Source: Bdellovibrionota bacterium
Lineage (GTDB): Bacteria; Bdellovibrionota_C; UBA2361; JBIKUX01
Length of the DNA: 64,000 nt
Direction of reading: 5' to 3'
Assembly: GCA_044347345.1 (NCBI GenBank)
Contig: JBIKUX010000010.1
Coordinates: 27,032-91,031, forward strand
Shown: positions 9,301 to 19,412 of the stretch, in pieces
Layout of the letters: each line of letters opens with the position of its first letter
How positions within the stretch are numbered: the stretch's first letter is position 1
The notes under the pieces: generated by a model
The model's database searches: none
The model's input: the letters and a program-made list of their open reading frames with translations, nothing else
What the model was told of the DNA's origin: nothing
Made by a program: the position numbers and the translations under genes

Positions 9301-11500
9301 TACCGCTTGTAATTCTTGGATTATTAAAACACGAAAGGTCTACGGTATTCGGAAGACTCTCATCTATGATACACAACTGACTTTCTTTAGCGTTCAGTAA
9401 TAAGTAGTTTACAAATAATGTTTTTGCTTTTGGTCGTTCAACCTCAAAAGTACTGCTTGAAAGTACCTCGAATCCCAAGTGCTCTATAATAGGGATAGAC
9501 CTACTCAGTGTAACTTCCTTGCCGAGACCTAATACAACAAGGGCAAGCCCGTTATCATCAGAAAAATAGGCAGTAATGTCTTGAGATTCTGTTAGCTCTG
9601 CCGCTTTTCTTAATAATTGTAGAGCGTCATTAGGGCTAAAGCGTACTCTGTATTCTACCGGAAAATGTGTTAATCTCCATTCATTGGGTACTTCAGCTAG
9701 ACTGTTACTTCCGATTAATTGGCAAAGAGCGTCATCCCAGCTCTGACCAAGGCGCTCAATTTGAGTTGTGAGAAGTGGAATATCCACATCCGCTCTTGTA
9801 ATTTCATCACGCTCATTTGCTTTTGCTTCAGTCAAAAAAGGAAGAAAAAAGTATAGCCTAGTTTGAGGTTGAGAACTGAAATCAAAACTAAATTCACTTG
9901 TTCCCTTTGCTACACCATAAGATTCTTCTAGTAATCCCTGAAGAGTATCAAGGTACTCCCGATTAAATTTGTCTCTGGATAAAAGAATACATAATGATAC
10001 TCCACGTCCGTTTCTTTCCTCATAGGCCGTGAGGTGCACTGTGTTCTTGTGATAAACCTTGACTTCATTTGTTACAATTTTTTTCAAAATTGCTGTAGGT
10101 AATCTAAGAGCGAAGTCTTTTGGCATTCGGTTGAGAGTCTCAACCACATAGGTATAATCGTATGAGTTATCAAAGAGACGTTCTTCCTCGATAAGCTCCC
10201 TCAGCTTCACTCGTAACATGGGGATATCACGACATTCGTCTCGAGTTACTTTTGATGAAAAAAGGCCACATATAGATAGAAGGGTATTGCCTCTAGTTTG
10301 GTTATCATTGTTAGTTGATTCATCTGGGATAGAAAGAACAAAGTGAGTGATGTACTGACGACGCAAAATACGACTACGACATGTCAGTTTGGTGATGGTA
10401 CTTTCTAGTCCAGCTTTTACCATTTTTTCCACATCTTCTCGAACTTGAGAAGTGATTGATGTGGCATTTGGTTCCTTCAGTAGTCCAAGTGGTGTACGTG
10501 GAATTGCTACTCCTTTTTCTATTTTCTCTACATCCCATGTGCAAAGGCCTAAAAAGATGAATGACTCGTCGAGGAGCCATCTAATGAGCTGTCCTTGTTC
10601 TAAGGCTGAATCTATAATGCGAGTGGGAGAATACGGTGCTCGTTCGCATATTGATGCTGCTTTATCGAGCCTAAAAATCATTGGTGAGAAATCTTCGGTC
10701 ACTTTATAAAGACTCTCAAGACTGTCTGTCAGCTCTTGATAAATTTTTTCAGAGGAAATTGCATGAGAAGTTTTTTCGACCTCAACATATAGAAGTGAAA
10801 TTTTCTCTCGACGTATAACGAATATTGGATGTAGTAGCAGTGACACTTGTAAGTCTAACGCAGATAAAGTTTCTGCAACTGTAGAAACGATAAACGGACG
10901 GTCGCGCTGAATAAGGGTAAAAACAAGATTTTTATTTGAGTAAATTGAAGCTTGATCTACAGAGGCACCTTCTATTGAAGTTTCTGGAACAGGCACTATT
11001 TTATTATCATTTTTTGAGTCGGACGTGTACTCATTCTGTAAATCCCATTTGGATGGAATTACTAAGTGGTATGGTTGGCCTAAACGGTTAACGATAAAAT
11101 CAGCTAATTGCTTCCATAAAGTTATAGCTAGTTGAACAATCTCGTTACTACTTCTAACTATCTTTTCTTGACCTGAGAGATGACCAAGTACCTCACGAAT
11201 AAAATCAGTAGGTGGTAGTAATTGCTGATCTACGTCATCAAGATTACCGATTCCCTTGATAAAGGAGCTTTCTATTTCACTCTGAGAAAATTTTAAATTG
11301 TTTTGAGTTATGGGAGACGAAACTGTACCTGTTACTGGAATCGGTGTTACTGCTGAAGGCAGTTTTACCGGGGATAAAGATTTATTGTTGCGCTGTTTTT
11401 GCTGATTTCCTTCCAATTTTGTATTCCCCCCTACAATTATACTAATTGAGTTAAAATTAAAGTCTTTGGTAACTACATATCGTTTGTTCTTTTTAAACAA
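6374..11500 (-). CDS. Large NAD-specific glutamate dehydrogenase
   Basis: ARGGLRWSER, KNVLIVPTGAKGGF, VVAADKGTATFSD, GDMSGDVFGNG, DAIDNSAGV; start uncertain. Confidence 0.95.
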   Translation of the reverse strand: MFKKNKRYVVTKDFNFNSISIIVGGNTKLEGNQQKQRNNKSLSPVKLPSAVTPIPVTGTVSSPITQNNLKFSQSEIESSFIKGIGNLDDVDQQLLPPTDFIREVLGHLSGQEKIVRSSNEIVQLAITLWKQLADFIVNRLGQPYHLVIPSKWDLQNEYTSDSKNDNKIVPVPETSIEGASVDQASIYSNKNLVFTLIQRDRPFIVSTVAETLSALDLQVSLLLHPIFVIRREKISLLYVEVEKTSHAISSEKIYQELTDSLESLYKVTEDFSPMIFRLDKAASICERAPYSPTRIIDSALEQGQLIRWLLDESFIFLGLCTWDVEKIEKGVAIPRTPLGLLKEPNATSITSQVREDVEKMVKAGLESTITKLTCRSRILRRQYITHFVLSIPDESTNNDNQTRGNTLLSICGLFSSKVTRDECRDIPMLRVKLRELIEEERLFDNSYDYTYVVETLNRMPKDFALRLPTAILKKIVTNEVKVYHKNTVHLTAYEERNGRGVSLCILLSRDKFNREYLDTLQGLLEESYGVAKGTSEFSFDFSSQPQTRLYFFLPFLTEAKANERDEITRADVDIPLLTTQIERLGQSWDDALCQLIGSNSLAEVPNEWRLTHFPVEYRVRFSPNDALQLLRKAAELTESQDITAYFSDDNGLALVVLGLGKEVTLSRSIPIIEHLGFEVLSSSTFEVERPKAKTLFVNYLLLNAKESQLCIIDESLPNTVDLSCFNNPRITSGIRQIFLRNVENDILNSLLLSTVLSERSIEILRAFTALLWQVQKVASKGVLLESLASQPEIAHLLWEYIETKFDPAKDLCLDARITLTQGIEQAVFEKLKAVKDITQDRILRSLLALLRATIRVNFFNPATSDLVTLPLAMKLKSEDLEILPLPRPRYEIFVYGREVEGIHLRAGKVARGGLRWSERPEDFRTEVLGLMKTQKVKNVLIVPTGAKGGFIVRHLPTDSSRIPRAVEQAYRAFIRSLLSLTDNRKGDDIIHPPYVLTYDPADPYFVVAADKGTATFSDIANEIAAKEYHFWLGDAFASGGSNGYDHKKYGITARGTWECVKRHFHDLGICYTTSSFTVVGIGDMSGDVFGNGMLLSDNIQLIAAFNHRHIFIDPNPDPKQSFSERSRLFNIHRSQWSDYNTSLISEGGGVFNRADKAILLHPNIRERFDIAPSVPQTVNGEELINLILKAPCDLLWNGGIGTYIKSSSEANSEVNDGVNDRVRVDASELKAKVVGEGGNLGLTQKARVECAERGIRLNTDAIDNSAGVALSDREVNLKILFDNLISEGLLTPDRRDALLFEIDDEIVEQVLSLNHNHATLLTIAEHRSGITVNYFNSLIRELTRRGYINRTLDVLPDDDDLTERASKGEGLVRPELAMLLAGVKMWIKETILTSDLPSEPLVESYLIQYFPQKLQSELGKSLTRHPLKEHLIATELTNSIVDSTGISFVHRMCLAHGVSPVTVIKCAIAAEELLQSRELRSKARILDAPEHNNDYILLRRELADAVRHTAQWLIAVHGSHLSIRGIVELYQNTFFFFYENPNICISARDFPTFENRLQSANYSSFSSEVKQRLSLLPWVRLLLEQAWCQNRSHYDSTIVAPIRFAIDQKLAISDLVDQIKRVPGRSKWEQQGLGIAAHELDRSLSSLTIQFIGKGLHSVEEVGAKVSAMQGYDELLGSAQELLRGGNASPVAFLVLSKRIQRFVLDLE

Positions 11501-11676
11501 GAACTTTGAGAATTTTTCATGCGAAGTTATAATTGGATAATCTCATGCAAAAAAGAGTTTAAACAAATTAAGAGGATACGATAAGTCGGTGAACAGCATA
11601 AGTGTCCATACATTATAAGACTTATTTACTTTAGTGAATAAGTCCTAGAAATAAAATATTAAGTGAAAGAAGTTTT

Positions 11677-12324
11677 TTACCAGTACTCAGAAGCTAGTTT
11701 TTTTAAGTTTAACTTAACTAAGTTTTGTGCTAGCTCAGCGATTGTAACGGAATTAAGCTCAGGGAGTATAGGAACTCGAGCGATAATCGGCACAGATGAC
11801 AATTTTAAAACAATACTCTCGGTCTCAGGTAGTAATTCCTCACCATTAAAAATAATTCCAATAAGGGGTAATCCAGCATTTTTAAGGTATTCTATACTAA
11901 GAAGTGTATGATTAATGCTACCAAGATAGTGATTAGCAACTAAAATTATCGGAAAACAAAGTTTACGGATTAAATCAATATTGGTTTTTTCGTCATTTAA
12001 AGGAACTAAAATACCTCCGGCGAGTTCAACTATCAGTACTTTATCAGTTACTGGTGTGATAATTGCGTCAAGTGTAATTTTTACATTCACTAGTTTTGCC
12101 GCAGCGTGGGGCGATAGGCTGTGGGCAAATGTATAGGACGAAGGGTGTATTCGACTCTCTCCTTTTTTGATGAGGCTCCTAACAGTGTCTGAATCTGGAG
12201 GGCTATCTTGTGTGCCACTTTGAACAGGTTTCCAATAATCTCCAGTTAATGCTTGGCAAAGAGCCGCTGATATCACCGTTTTACCAACATCCGTACCTAT
12301 CCCGCTGACAATTAAACCTTTCAT
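11677..12324 (-). CDS. bioD: Dethiobiotin synthase
   Basis: GIGTDVGKT P-loop, WKPVQSG, SPHAAA, ELAGG, LGSINHT; ATG 12324 with GAGGT upstream. Confidence 0.95.
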   Translation of the reverse strand: MKGLIVSGIGTDVGKTVISAALCQALTGDYWKPVQSGTQDSPPDSDTVRSLIKKGESRIHPSSYTFAHSLSPHAAAKLVNVKITLDAIITPVTDKVLIVELAGGILVPLNDEKTNIDLIRKLCFPIILVANHYLGSINHTLLSIEYLKNAGLPLIGIIFNGEELLPETESIVLKLSSVPIIARVPILPELNSVTIAELAQNLVKLNLKKLASEYW

Positions 12325-12611
12325 TTTTACCTCTGATGCCGTTATTTCATCCGAATTGCTTTTTATTTGCAGTTTACAGGAATTACAATCCAAGGGGATA
12401 ATTATAGTATCCCTTACAGCGGTATAAATATTTAATAAAAAACTTGGCTCCCGCCTTCGGCAGGTCTTGGTACCAACTTAAGAAAAAAATGCGTCTTCGC
12501 ACAAAAATGTGCTTTTTTTAGAATAACAAATCTAATTCTGACAAAAAGCTGACTCAAAAAAAATAAGGACTTGGAAGGTTTTGCCATATTACGGCGCATA
12601 ATGCCTTACTA

Positions 12612-12626
12612 TGGAACGAAGCTTGC
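12612..12626 (+). promoter_or_regulatory. Putative sigma54 (-24/-12) promoter
   Basis: TGGAACG-AAGC-TTGC versus consensus TGGCACG-N4-TTGC with correct GG-N10-GC spacing, upstream of a sigma54 activator cluster. Confidence 0.6.
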
Positions 12627-12759
12627 CTCCTTAAGATTGACTGAACAAGACAAAAACTGCCCCTTGTGAGGTGAAATGTTGTCACTGTTTTTTGATTGCT
12701 CAAAAGCAAAGAGTAATAGCTTCTAAAGCTATAGTGTTGATAGTTTTTGAACAGGTTTT

Positions 12760-13959
12760 TTGATGAGGTCTATGCACGCTGATATTGAAACTTTGTTTCT
12801 AGATGATCCTATCGATGCAAAATCGACGTTATCTGAAAAACACTCAACTAGTATGAATTTAACTTTACCCCCAGGATCTCTGTATGAGGGTATCGTAACT
12901 AGCAGCACTGCTATGCGAAAAGTGCTCAGTATTGTTGAGAAAGTAGCATTTAGTAATAGTACTGTTCTAATTCTGGGAGAAAGCGGAACAGGGAAGGAGC
13001 TCATTGCGTCAGCTATACATAGACGAAGTGGTCGAAAGGGAAAGTTAGTTCCGGTAAATTGTGGTGCTATTCCCGAAGAGATACTAGAAAGTGAACTATT
13101 TGGGCACGAGAGAGGTGCCTTTACTGGAGCAGTTACATCAAGAATTGGTCGGTTTCAACTTGCAGAGGGAGGCACCATTTTTCTGGATGAAATAGGAGAA
13201 ATGAGTCCTAAGCTACAAGTCAAACTTTTGCGAGTATTACAGGAGAGAAGAATTGATCCTGTTGGATCAGTAAAGTCGATTGATGTTGACGTTAGAGTAG
13301 TAGCGGCTACAAATAAAGATCTCTTGCAAGAGGTTAAAGCGGGAAGATTTCGAGAGGATCTTTATTATAGATTACAAGTAGTACCAGTTGAACTACCTGC
13401 TCTGCGGTTTAGAGATGATGATGTCGTAGTCCTGGCTCGTTGGTTTGTTTCGAAGCACTGTAAAAAATTAGGAAGAAGTCCTTACTTGTTAAGTTCCGCA
13501 CTTATTGAGGCTCTACGTAGATATCAATGGCCTGGTAACGTAAGAGAACTTGAAAATTTATTGGAAAGACTTGTTGTTCTTGCTGATACTGATTTTCTTG
13601 ATATTAAAGACCTGCCTACGTTTATTTTAGAACAAATTGATATTGAGGATCTAAAAATTGAAAAAGTTAAGCAAGAACCTGATCTAATAACAGACCGTCA
13701 AATAACCCTTGAAGATTATTGTGGTGTATCTAATTTATCCTCTCAGATTATCGACCTCCAAAATCTACCCTCCAATGGAGTTGACTTTAATGAGATGGTA
13801 ACCAAATTCGAGAACACGCTCATTAAAATGGCTCTTGAAAGAACAGGGTGGAATAAAAAAGCCGCTGCTGAGCTACTTCGATTAAATCGGACAACTCTTG
13901 TGGAAAAAATTCGAAAGAAGGGTATTGCTCTCGCAGAGGATATAGACGAATCAGCTTAA
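12760..13959 (+). CDS. Sigma54-dependent activator without receiver domain (FleQ/FlrA-like)
   Basis: [32 protein letters not shown] and a C-terminal HTH (LNRTTLVEK). Confidence 0.92.
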   Translation: MMRSMHADIETLFLDDPIDAKSTLSEKHSTSMNLTLPPGSLYEGIVTSSTAMRKVLSIVEKVAFSNSTVLILGESGTGKELIASAIHRRSGRKGKLVPVNCGAIPEEILESELFGHERGAFTGAVTSRIGRFQLAEGGTIFLDEIGEMSPKLQVKLLRVLQERRIDPVGSVKSIDVDVRVVAATNKDLLQEVKAGRFREDLYYRLQVVPVELPALRFRDDDVVVLARWFVSKHCKKLGRSPYLLSSALIEALRRYQWPGNVRELENLLERLVVLADTDFLDIKDLPTFILEQIDIEDLKIEKVKQEPDLITDRQITLEDYCGVSNLSSQIIDLQNLPSNGVDFNEMVTKFENTLIKMALERTGWNKKAAAELLRLNRTTLVEKIRKKGIALAEDIDESA

Positions 13960-13989
13960 GAAGCTTTAATAGTTTTTGTACCATTAGAC

Positions 13990-14934
13990 ATGATGAGCAA
14001 AATTTTTATTATAATTTTATATATTTTTTTTAGGCTAGTATTCTGGCCGTGTATTGCTACGGCTGACCATCCCCACACCGTTATCACTCACGAATCAGAG
14101 AAACGTTATTTTGATGCTTTATCTGCCTTTTTATCGCTTCCTGAAAGACAGCGTACTACTGAGACATATTTGTCAGCAGCGCGAAGTGCTTGGGCTCTTT
14201 CATTGCCAGAGCGAGCGATTAATTTGTTCGAGATGGCTCTTAAAAAATTAACAACAGATGATGTAGCTACTAAAGCACGTTTACTTTTATCTATCGGAAC
14301 TATTCAACTTCAGGAGCAAAAACTGATTTTATCAGAGTCTGCAGCTAAAGATGCTCTGAGTATTTGTGAGCAGTTTCCCTCGCTGAGAGGAGAAGCCAGA
14401 TTTTTACTGGGTTCAGTAGCCATGGCAGCTAGTCGTTATGGCGATGCTGTTGCGATTTTGGAACAGGCTATTACAGATCTTGAGGGCGAGAGGCGAGATG
14501 AAGCAAGACTATATCTTGGAAGAGCATATCTAATGCTTGGAGATGTATTGCATTATACAGCACATTTAGAAGAAATTCCGCTTAATTCTATTTGGGCACC
14601 TGATGCAATTCGTTTATTAGCGTTATCTTCTTTAAGGCTAGGAGATAGAAAAAAAGCTGGTTTTTGGGCTCAGAAAGGCAAGGCTGAGTTCCCCGATAGA
14701 TTTGTAGATAGTTGGATGGAATATCTAGCTTTTCATGATCGCTACAGTGGTAACGAATTGGCAGGAATAGATGAGTATTTTACGCAGATATCATCGCGAT
14801 ATCCTGCCTCGGATTTATGGGTAGGTGTCATAAGTTCGGAAATTGAAAAAAAGTTAGCATCAAATTGGGTTAATTCAAATGCTAATCGTAAGAATGATGG
14901 TTCTTTTGTGTCCACTTCCATAGGAGTGCAATAA
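13990..14934 (+). CDS. Exported TPR-repeat protein
   Basis: N-terminal hydrophobic segment; TPR-like helix pairs (ARFLLG, ARLYLGRAYL). Confidence 0.65.
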   Translation: MMSKIFIIILYIFFRLVFWPCIATADHPHTVITHESEKRYFDALSAFLSLPERQRTTETYLSAARSAWALSLPERAINLFEMALKKLTTDDVATKARLLLSIGTIQLQEQKLILSESAAKDALSICEQFPSLRGEARFLLGSVAMAASRYGDAVAILEQAITDLEGERRDEARLYLGRAYLMLGDVLHYTAHLEEIPLNSIWAPDAIRLLALSSLRLGDRKKAGFWAQKGKAEFPDRFVDSWMEYLAFHDRYSGNELAGIDEYFTQISSRYPASDLWVGVISSEIEKKLASNWVNSNANRKNDGSFVSTSIGVQ

Positions 14935-14939
14935 CTGTA

Positions 14940-15698
14940 ATGGCGTACACTCAAACTTCATTACAAGAATCTCCGTGTTTAGCGGCGATGGTAGCACATG
15001 AAGTAAAAAATCCTCTTGGTTCATTAAAGATTTTTCTTTCTATATTAAAAAAGGATTTAGAGCAGTACGCAGATGCTCTGTCAGAGGATATTTTTGAGCA
15101 TCTAATTCACATGGAGTTAAGTGTAACGGCTATTGATAAAGTAGTCACCTCGATGCTTACCAGTACTGCAGGGGTAGCTTCTCGGTGGGGGCCAGTAAAT
15201 CTTCATGCTCTTTTAAATGAGTTATTTATTCTTGTTAGTCCAAGAATCACTGAACAAGAAGGTAAGATACCGTCATCGATTAGAGTTAGCGGAAGTCCAT
15301 TTTTATTCGGAGATGAACGAGCTCTTAGGCAAGCATTCATGAATCTAATGGTGAACGCTATAGAAGCTGGCGATGATAATCGTATTTTAATTATTGAGGT
15401 TTGCGATGATAAGCAGGGGCTTCTCATTAGTATTTATGATGGCGGTCCTGGAGTTGAGCCTACGATTCGGGAGAGAGTTTTTGATCCGTTTTTTTCAACA
15501 AAATCATCAGGTAGTGGCTTAGGTTTAGCTCTGGTCAAAGAGACTATAACGGCTCATGGCGGAACTATAAAATTTGGTGCTCCACCAGACGGAAGTTATT
15601 CAATCAAAGATGATGTACCTAATGCTTTGTTCTGCTGCTCTGTTTGGCTTCCGCGAAATTCCCGAGCAATAGGATCGCAAGAAGTGTGGAAAGGTTAG
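14940..15698 (+). CDS. Cytoplasmic histidine kinase lacking a sensor domain
   Basis: AHEVKNPL H-box near the N-terminus, NLMVNAIEA, DGGPG, FFSTK, GSGLGL. Confidence 0.92.
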   Translation: MAYTQTSLQESPCLAAMVAHEVKNPLGSLKIFLSILKKDLEQYADALSEDIFEHLIHMELSVTAIDKVVTSMLTSTAGVASRWGPVNLHALLNELFILVSPRITEQEGKIPSSIRVSGSPFLFGDERALRQAFMNLMVNAIEAGDDNRILIIEVCDDKQGLLISIYDGGPGVEPTIRERVFDPFFSTKSSGSGLGLALVKETITAHGGTIKFGAPPDGSYSIKDDVPNALFCCSVWLPRNSRAIGSQEVWKG

Positions 15699-15731
15699 CT
15701 AGTTAATAATTAAAATGGCTTAGAGGTTACT

Positions 15732-17207
15732 ATGATGAAGGTTTTGGTGGTTGATGATGATGATCAAATGCGCCGAGCTATGGAGGTTTGTCTAGCCCGA
15801 GAAGAGTATGACGTAGTATCAGCTATAAATGGTAAAAGTGCGCTTTCTTTGATTGATAATGACCATTTTCAGGCAATTGTCACTGATGAAAGAATGCCAG
15901 AAATGGGGGGATTGGCTCTTTTGCGAGCCCTTAAAGAAAGAGGAGAGCATCCTCCGGTAATTATGATTACTGCGTATGGTACTATTAATCAAGCCGTTGA
16001 GGCGATGCAAAATGGAGCAACTGATTTTTTGATGAAGCCATTTGCTCCTGAAGAGTTAGTACGAGTAGTGAAACGAGCCATTGATAGCGGGCCGGTAGAT
16101 CTTTCAATCAAAGAGAATAAAAATAGGGTCAGTCGTCCAATAATTACTAATGACCCTATGATGATTCGAATTCTTGAGATATGTGAAGCAGTAGCTCGAA
16201 GTGATGCTACTGTTTTAATTCAAGGGGAATCTGGGACAGGTAAGGAACTAGTTGCCAGATTAATTCATTCTGCCAGTAATAGAAGTACCCAACCTTTTAT
16301 CGCTGTTAATTGTGCTGCACTTCCTGAATCGCTTTTAGAGAGTGAGCTATTTGGACATGAAAAAGGAGCTTTTACCGGAGCTCAATCCCGTAAAATTGGT
16401 AAATTTGAGCTCGCTCATGGGGGTACGATTCTTCTCGATGAAATTTCAGAGATGGATATTGTGCTTCAAGCAAAACTTTTGCGAGTACTTCAGGAGCGTG
16501 AGATTGATCGCGTTGGAGGAAGGGATCCAGTATCAATCGATGTTAGAGTACTTGCGACGACCAATCGTAATCTTGAAGGCATGGTGAATGATGGTCGATT
16601 CCGACCAGACTTGTTTTATAGATTAAATGTTATCCCAATTACTATACCTGCTTTGCGAAGTCGCGAAGGTGATATTCGGCTCCTTGTACAGCATTTTATT
16701 CGCAAATATTTAGGTTCTCATGTTTCCCCGATTACCCAAAATGTTCTGAATGCACTTGAAGCATATCCGTGGCCAGGAAATGTGCGTGAGCTGCAAAACG
16801 CTGTTGAGCGAGCTGCAATTCTTGCTCGTGGTGGAGCTATAACGCCGGAGCATTTTCTTCTTCAATCTCAGTTTATACAATCTGAAAGAGAAAGTAATCA
16901 ACAGAAAAGTCAATCGGTTTTTTCTGCAAGTCCTCTTCGCTCAATTATTGAGAGGGAACATATTAATTCTGATGCTCATTTTGATTTTAATATAGGAGGT
17001 CAATCTCAGGTGTTACGAACTGGAGCATCAAATTCATCCGTTATTGAGATTAAGCCAGGAATGACTGTACATGATATGGAGCAACAGCTGATTCTTGCTA
17101 CTCTTCGAGCTACAGGAAACAATCGCACTCAAGCGGCTAAGCTGCTCGGTATAAGTATTCGAACATTACGAAATAAATTACATGAATATAGGAGCGATGC
17201 AGACTAG
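15732..17207 (+). CDS. NtrC-family sigma54 response regulator (FleR/FlrC-like)
   Basis: Receiver (VDDD, TDERMP), AAA+ with [21 protein letters not shown]. Confidence 0.93.
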   Translation: MMKVLVVDDDDQMRRAMEVCLAREEYDVVSAINGKSALSLIDNDHFQAIVTDERMPEMGGLALLRALKERGEHPPVIMITAYGTINQAVEAMQNGATDFLMKPFAPEELVRVVKRAIDSGPVDLSIKENKNRVSRPIITNDPMMIRILEICEAVARSDATVLIQGESGTGKELVARLIHSASNRSTQPFIAVNCAALPESLLESELFGHEKGAFTGAQSRKIGKFELAHGGTILLDEISEMDIVLQAKLLRVLQEREIDRVGGRDPVSIDVRVLATTNRNLEGMVNDGRFRPDLFYRLNVIPITIPALRSREGDIRLLVQHFIRKYLGSHVSPITQNVLNALEAYPWPGNVRELQNAVERAAILARGGAITPEHFLLQSQFIQSERESNQQKSQSVFSASPLRSIIEREHINSDAHFDFNIGGQSQVLRTGASNSSVIEIKPGMTVHDMEQQLILATLRATGNNRTQAAKLLGISIRTLRNKLHEYRSDAD

Positions 17208-18199
17208 CTGTGAATTTCAAAACTTATTCCGGCTGGGAGTATTTCAAAACGATGACCTTCGTTAGCAGAAACGAAATTTGTTGACGAAGTCATGGTCATA
17301 TTTGAAGAGGTGTTAATTGGAATTGATATAATATCAGCCGTGATTAAGTCATTTGAGCGAATAAAAGTATCTTTTCTCGGAATAATCGTTATTAAGCCAC
17401 TGAATTTTTCAGTTCGGATAAATTTCACAGTAAAGAGTTTCTTACCTGCGGAGGGTAGATCAATATAGAGCAGGTCTTCATCAGTCGAGCCGACACTATA
17501 TGTAATGTCAGGAATTAGAGGGTAGGAATGGCTATTACCCGTTAGAGAGATAAAAAGATGGGGTAAATTTGAAGAATCTAGATACTCATTCGGGAGATTT
17601 GTTTTATCGTAATCAAAGACAAGAGCAGCGGCCGCGCTAACAATAGTGTCAGGAATAAAAATTGGGAAAAGACATATCTCCATAATAGTAAGGCTGGAAT
17701 AATTTGGTAGCGTTATTTGTTCGCCAACAAGAATTGTTTTTTTTAAGTCGGTGTTTTTTTTGTCATTTATAATCTTATTTTCTGATGATTCGATGATAAT
17801 TCCATCCAATTCAGCAGTAAAAAACACCTTATTGTAATCATCGGTGCTATATCTAACACTAATTTCAGTTTGTTGCGTAAAAGGAGAGTTAGAGTCAGAT
17901 AGCGTAAAGGAGCTATCTTCTGCACATAAGGTATAATCTCGAAGTGGCGAGGGCATTACACTCGAAGGAGTTATAGCTAAAGGAGTTGCAGGCGATGCGG
18001 TACTTTCAGTTTCTTGTTTAAGTACATTTGTTTTATTCTTAGGATTCGCATTGACTGCCGTAAATACTCCCAACCATTTATCGGCTAATGTTACTGTTAA
18101 GAAACCAGATTGGGTAATACCAACACGACAAGTGTTGCCTCCAAATCTAAAGAATGAAGGAGGTGTATTGTTTCGTTCGACTTTGAATATAAAGGCCAT
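17204..18199 (-). CDS. Hypothetical protein, possible degenerate FHA-like region
   Basis: 331-aa ORF, beta-rich; SYPL...YSVGS...LYID loosely resembles FHA but lacks the GR and SxxH motifs. Confidence 0.5.
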   Translation of the reverse strand: MAFIFKVERNNTPPSFFRFGGNTCRVGITQSGFLTVTLADKWLGVFTAVNANPKNKTNVLKQETESTASPATPLAITPSSVMPSPLRDYTLCAEDSSFTLSDSNSPFTQQTEISVRYSTDDYNKVFFTAELDGIIIESSENKIINDKKNTDLKKTILVGEQITLPNYSSLTIMEICLFPIFIPDTIVSAAAALVFDYDKTNLPNEYLDSSNLPHLFISLTGNSHSYPLIPDITYSVGSTDEDLLYIDLPSAGKKLFTVKFIRTEKFSGLITIIPRKDTFIRSNDLITADIISIPINTSSNMTMTSSTNFVSANEGHRFEILPAGISFEIHS

Positions 18200-18219
18200 A
18201 CTTTAGTTTACCTTAGTTA

Positions 18220-19233
18220 CTAAAGACGAGCTAATATTTTTTTTGAAGATTGAAGAATAGGAATGTCAGTTCTTACGGAGGAATAAACTTGCTTTTTTAT
18301 GAGTTGAAACGCGATTGATCCACCAAGTCCAGTAACTAAAAATTGGATACAATGTTGAGTTAGAACCATTGCTAATGCGAGTTCTCGTTCAATACCAGAG
18401 GCTACGAGGGCTTCAGTAGCCACCGCCTCAATTACTCCAATTGCGCCTGGAGCAGATGGAATTAGTGAGCTAAAGTTTGATGAAACCATAAATAAAACCG
18501 CTGTATGAAGGGATATTAAGCCTCCGTATGCTGAACCGACGGAGTAAAATACCAACAGTTCTAGCGTCCAAATAAATATTGACCACAAGAAGATAGTAAG
18601 AAGAGCAGATGGCTCCCTTAAAGGTTCAAAACCTTCTAGAAAAAGACGAATGCGGGATAATAAAAAATTAAAAGCAGGATAATCAAACTTGTTCTTTAAG
18701 ATGTCGAGACAATAAAATATCTGTTTTTTCGATAAAATTAAAGTAACAACAATCACCGAAACAAGAGCAAAAGCGTAAGTTACCCAACGAAAATCAACTG
18801 AATCTTTCCCGCTTTCAATACTTAAACCAAAGATTAGAAAAAATCCACTTAAACATAGTCCGTCCGCAATTCGTTCGCTTGCTATAGTTGCCAGTACAAA
18901 TGTTTTTGAACAACCGGCAATCTTTGCGCCAAGATGAGCTCTTACAAACTCGCCAGCTCGAGCCGGAAGAAGATTGTTCATTAAAAAACCAAATATCAAA
19001 ACAGTAAGTGAGTTTTTATAGTTAAGATTAGCTGTCGGAAGGAAAACTTGCCACCTCCGAGCTCGAAACATATATGAACAAATAGTAATGAGCACAGCTC
19101 CTGTCAGGAGTCCAGCATGTCCTTGCTTCAGAAAAGACAAAAGAGAAGTGACATCAATATCACGAGAGACAAAAAAAATCGCCGCAAGTGTTATAATCCA
19201 CGGAATTATATGGCGTGTGACAATACGTCGCAT
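18220..19233 (-). CDS. Lysylphosphatidylglycerol synthase TM / flippase-like membrane protein (UPF0104)
   Basis: RARRW, NNLLPARAGEFVR, ERIAD and PSAPGAIGVIE motifs; multiple TM segments. Confidence 0.9.
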   Translation of the reverse strand: MRRIVTRHIIPWIITLAAIFFVSRDIDVTSLLSFLKQGHAGLLTGAVLITICSYMFRARRWQVFLPTANLNYKNSLTVLIFGFLMNNLLPARAGEFVRAHLGAKIAGCSKTFVLATIASERIADGLCLSGFFLIFGLSIESGKDSVDFRWVTYAFALVSVIVVTLILSKKQIFYCLDILKNKFDYPAFNFLLSRIRLFLEGFEPLREPSALLTIFLWSIFIWTLELLVFYSVGSAYGGLISLHTAVLFMVSSNFSSLIPSAPGAIGVIEAVATEALVASGIERELALAMVLTQHCIQFLVTGLGGSIAFQLIKKQVYSSVRTDIPILQSSKKILARL

Positions 19234-19412
19234 CTGCTTTTTTTACCTGAAGATATCTCGAAGGATGCACAATTGTATTAGCTCTCTGTGGAGTAGTATT
19301 TAAGCATCCTTGAACAGCAAGTTAATTTCAAAACTGTACTTCGGAACTGGGCTTGGGAACAAGATAAGTTGAGATTTAAATGCATAAAAGTGGTAGCCGT
19401 AAATATAAAAGA

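Noticed and set aside
12443-12476. Structured RNA or riboswitch upstream of bioD
   Set aside because: Only a weak TTCG-containing stem and a 10-bp palindrome; no recognisable family.
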